Of a stretch of DNA of 64,000 nucleotides, positions 63,659 to 64,000 are shown in pieces. The stretch is from IMG/VR virus record IMGVR_UViG_3300025128_000024; one strand, given 5' to 3'. The position numbers and the translations under genes were made by a program. Under the pieces are notes generated by a model, which was not told where the DNA came from, ran no database searches, and worked only from the letters and a program-made list of their open reading frames with translations. Position 1 is the stretch's first letter. Every line of letters begins with the position of its first letter. This stretch comes from an uncultured virus (IMG/VR IMGVR_UViG_3300025128_000024). Taxonomy: Duplodnaviria > Heunggongvirae > Uroviricota > Caudoviricetes.

Positions 63659-63692
63659 ATTAGTATAACAACCTCATACTAGAAAGATGATT

Positions 63693-64000
63693 ATGAAACC
63701 TGTAACTGAAATGATGAAAGACTTGGAAGCCGCCACGATGGAAGCCCTTTGGATTCCTAACGACCTGTTACCTGAGCGTTACCACGACGACCGTGAAGGT
63801 GGTCGCACGCTTGACCGTATTCAGGAAGTCTACGAGCGTGAAGTAGAACCAAACTTAGAATACCAACGTATTCAAGCCGAGAAAGCGAAACGTGTCGCTA
63901 AGTACGCCGCAGAGTATGCGGAAAGAGGCGAGTTTGATTACGACGTAGATCCTGACATGCAGTACAAAAATGAGCAATCATTCTGCAACGGGTTGATTCG
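63693..64000 (+). CDS. Partial early protein (runs off the window)
   Basis: Open frame MKPVTEMMKDLEAA...FCNGLI to the window end; alternative start at 63687. Confidence 0.7.
   Translation, partial: MKPVTEMMKDLEAATMEALWIPNDLLPERYHDDREGGRTLDRIQEVYEREVEPNLEYQRIQAEKAKRVAKYAAEYAERGEFDYDVDPDMQYKNEQSFCNGLI

Noticed and set aside
1..64000. Stop-codon reassignment
   Set aside because: Genes tile densely in the standard code, and TAA, TAG and TGA all end genes

Overview
A 64-kb segment of a large tailed dsDNA phage. It is probably a siphovirus: there is a 2317-aa tape measure protein and a tail tube, and no sheath gene in the window. The host cannot be determined from the sequence. Bases 1-59.6 kb form one minus-strand late arm. 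In transcription order it carries a sigma-region-2-like protein, a probable TerS, gmd, HNH and ERCC4-type nucleases, ClpP, TerL, portal, protease/scaffold, decoration protein and major capsid protein. These are followed by two paralogous fibre-gene pairs, a four-gene glycan-tailoring cassette, head-tail connectors, tail tube, chaperones, the tape measure protein and a 3869-aa FG-GAP/LamG adhesin-like protein. After a palindrome-rich strand switch at about 59.6-59.9 kb, a plus-strand early region holds many small genes, several behind their own sigma70-type promoters. The main hypothesis is that exposed virion proteins are saturated with Ser-Gly dipeptides and sit beside sulfotransferase, pyruvyltransferase, radical SAM, PRTase-HAD and gmd genes, suggesting a 'proteoglycan-like' virion glycosylation system. 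Other highlights are an integrin-alpha-like giant protein, a possible nuclease cargo inside the tape measure protein, a GTGTATAAT late-promoter motif with a candidate cognate sigma, a nested scaffold gene and Fur-box-like palindromes. All assignments come from motif recognition by eye; no database search was run.
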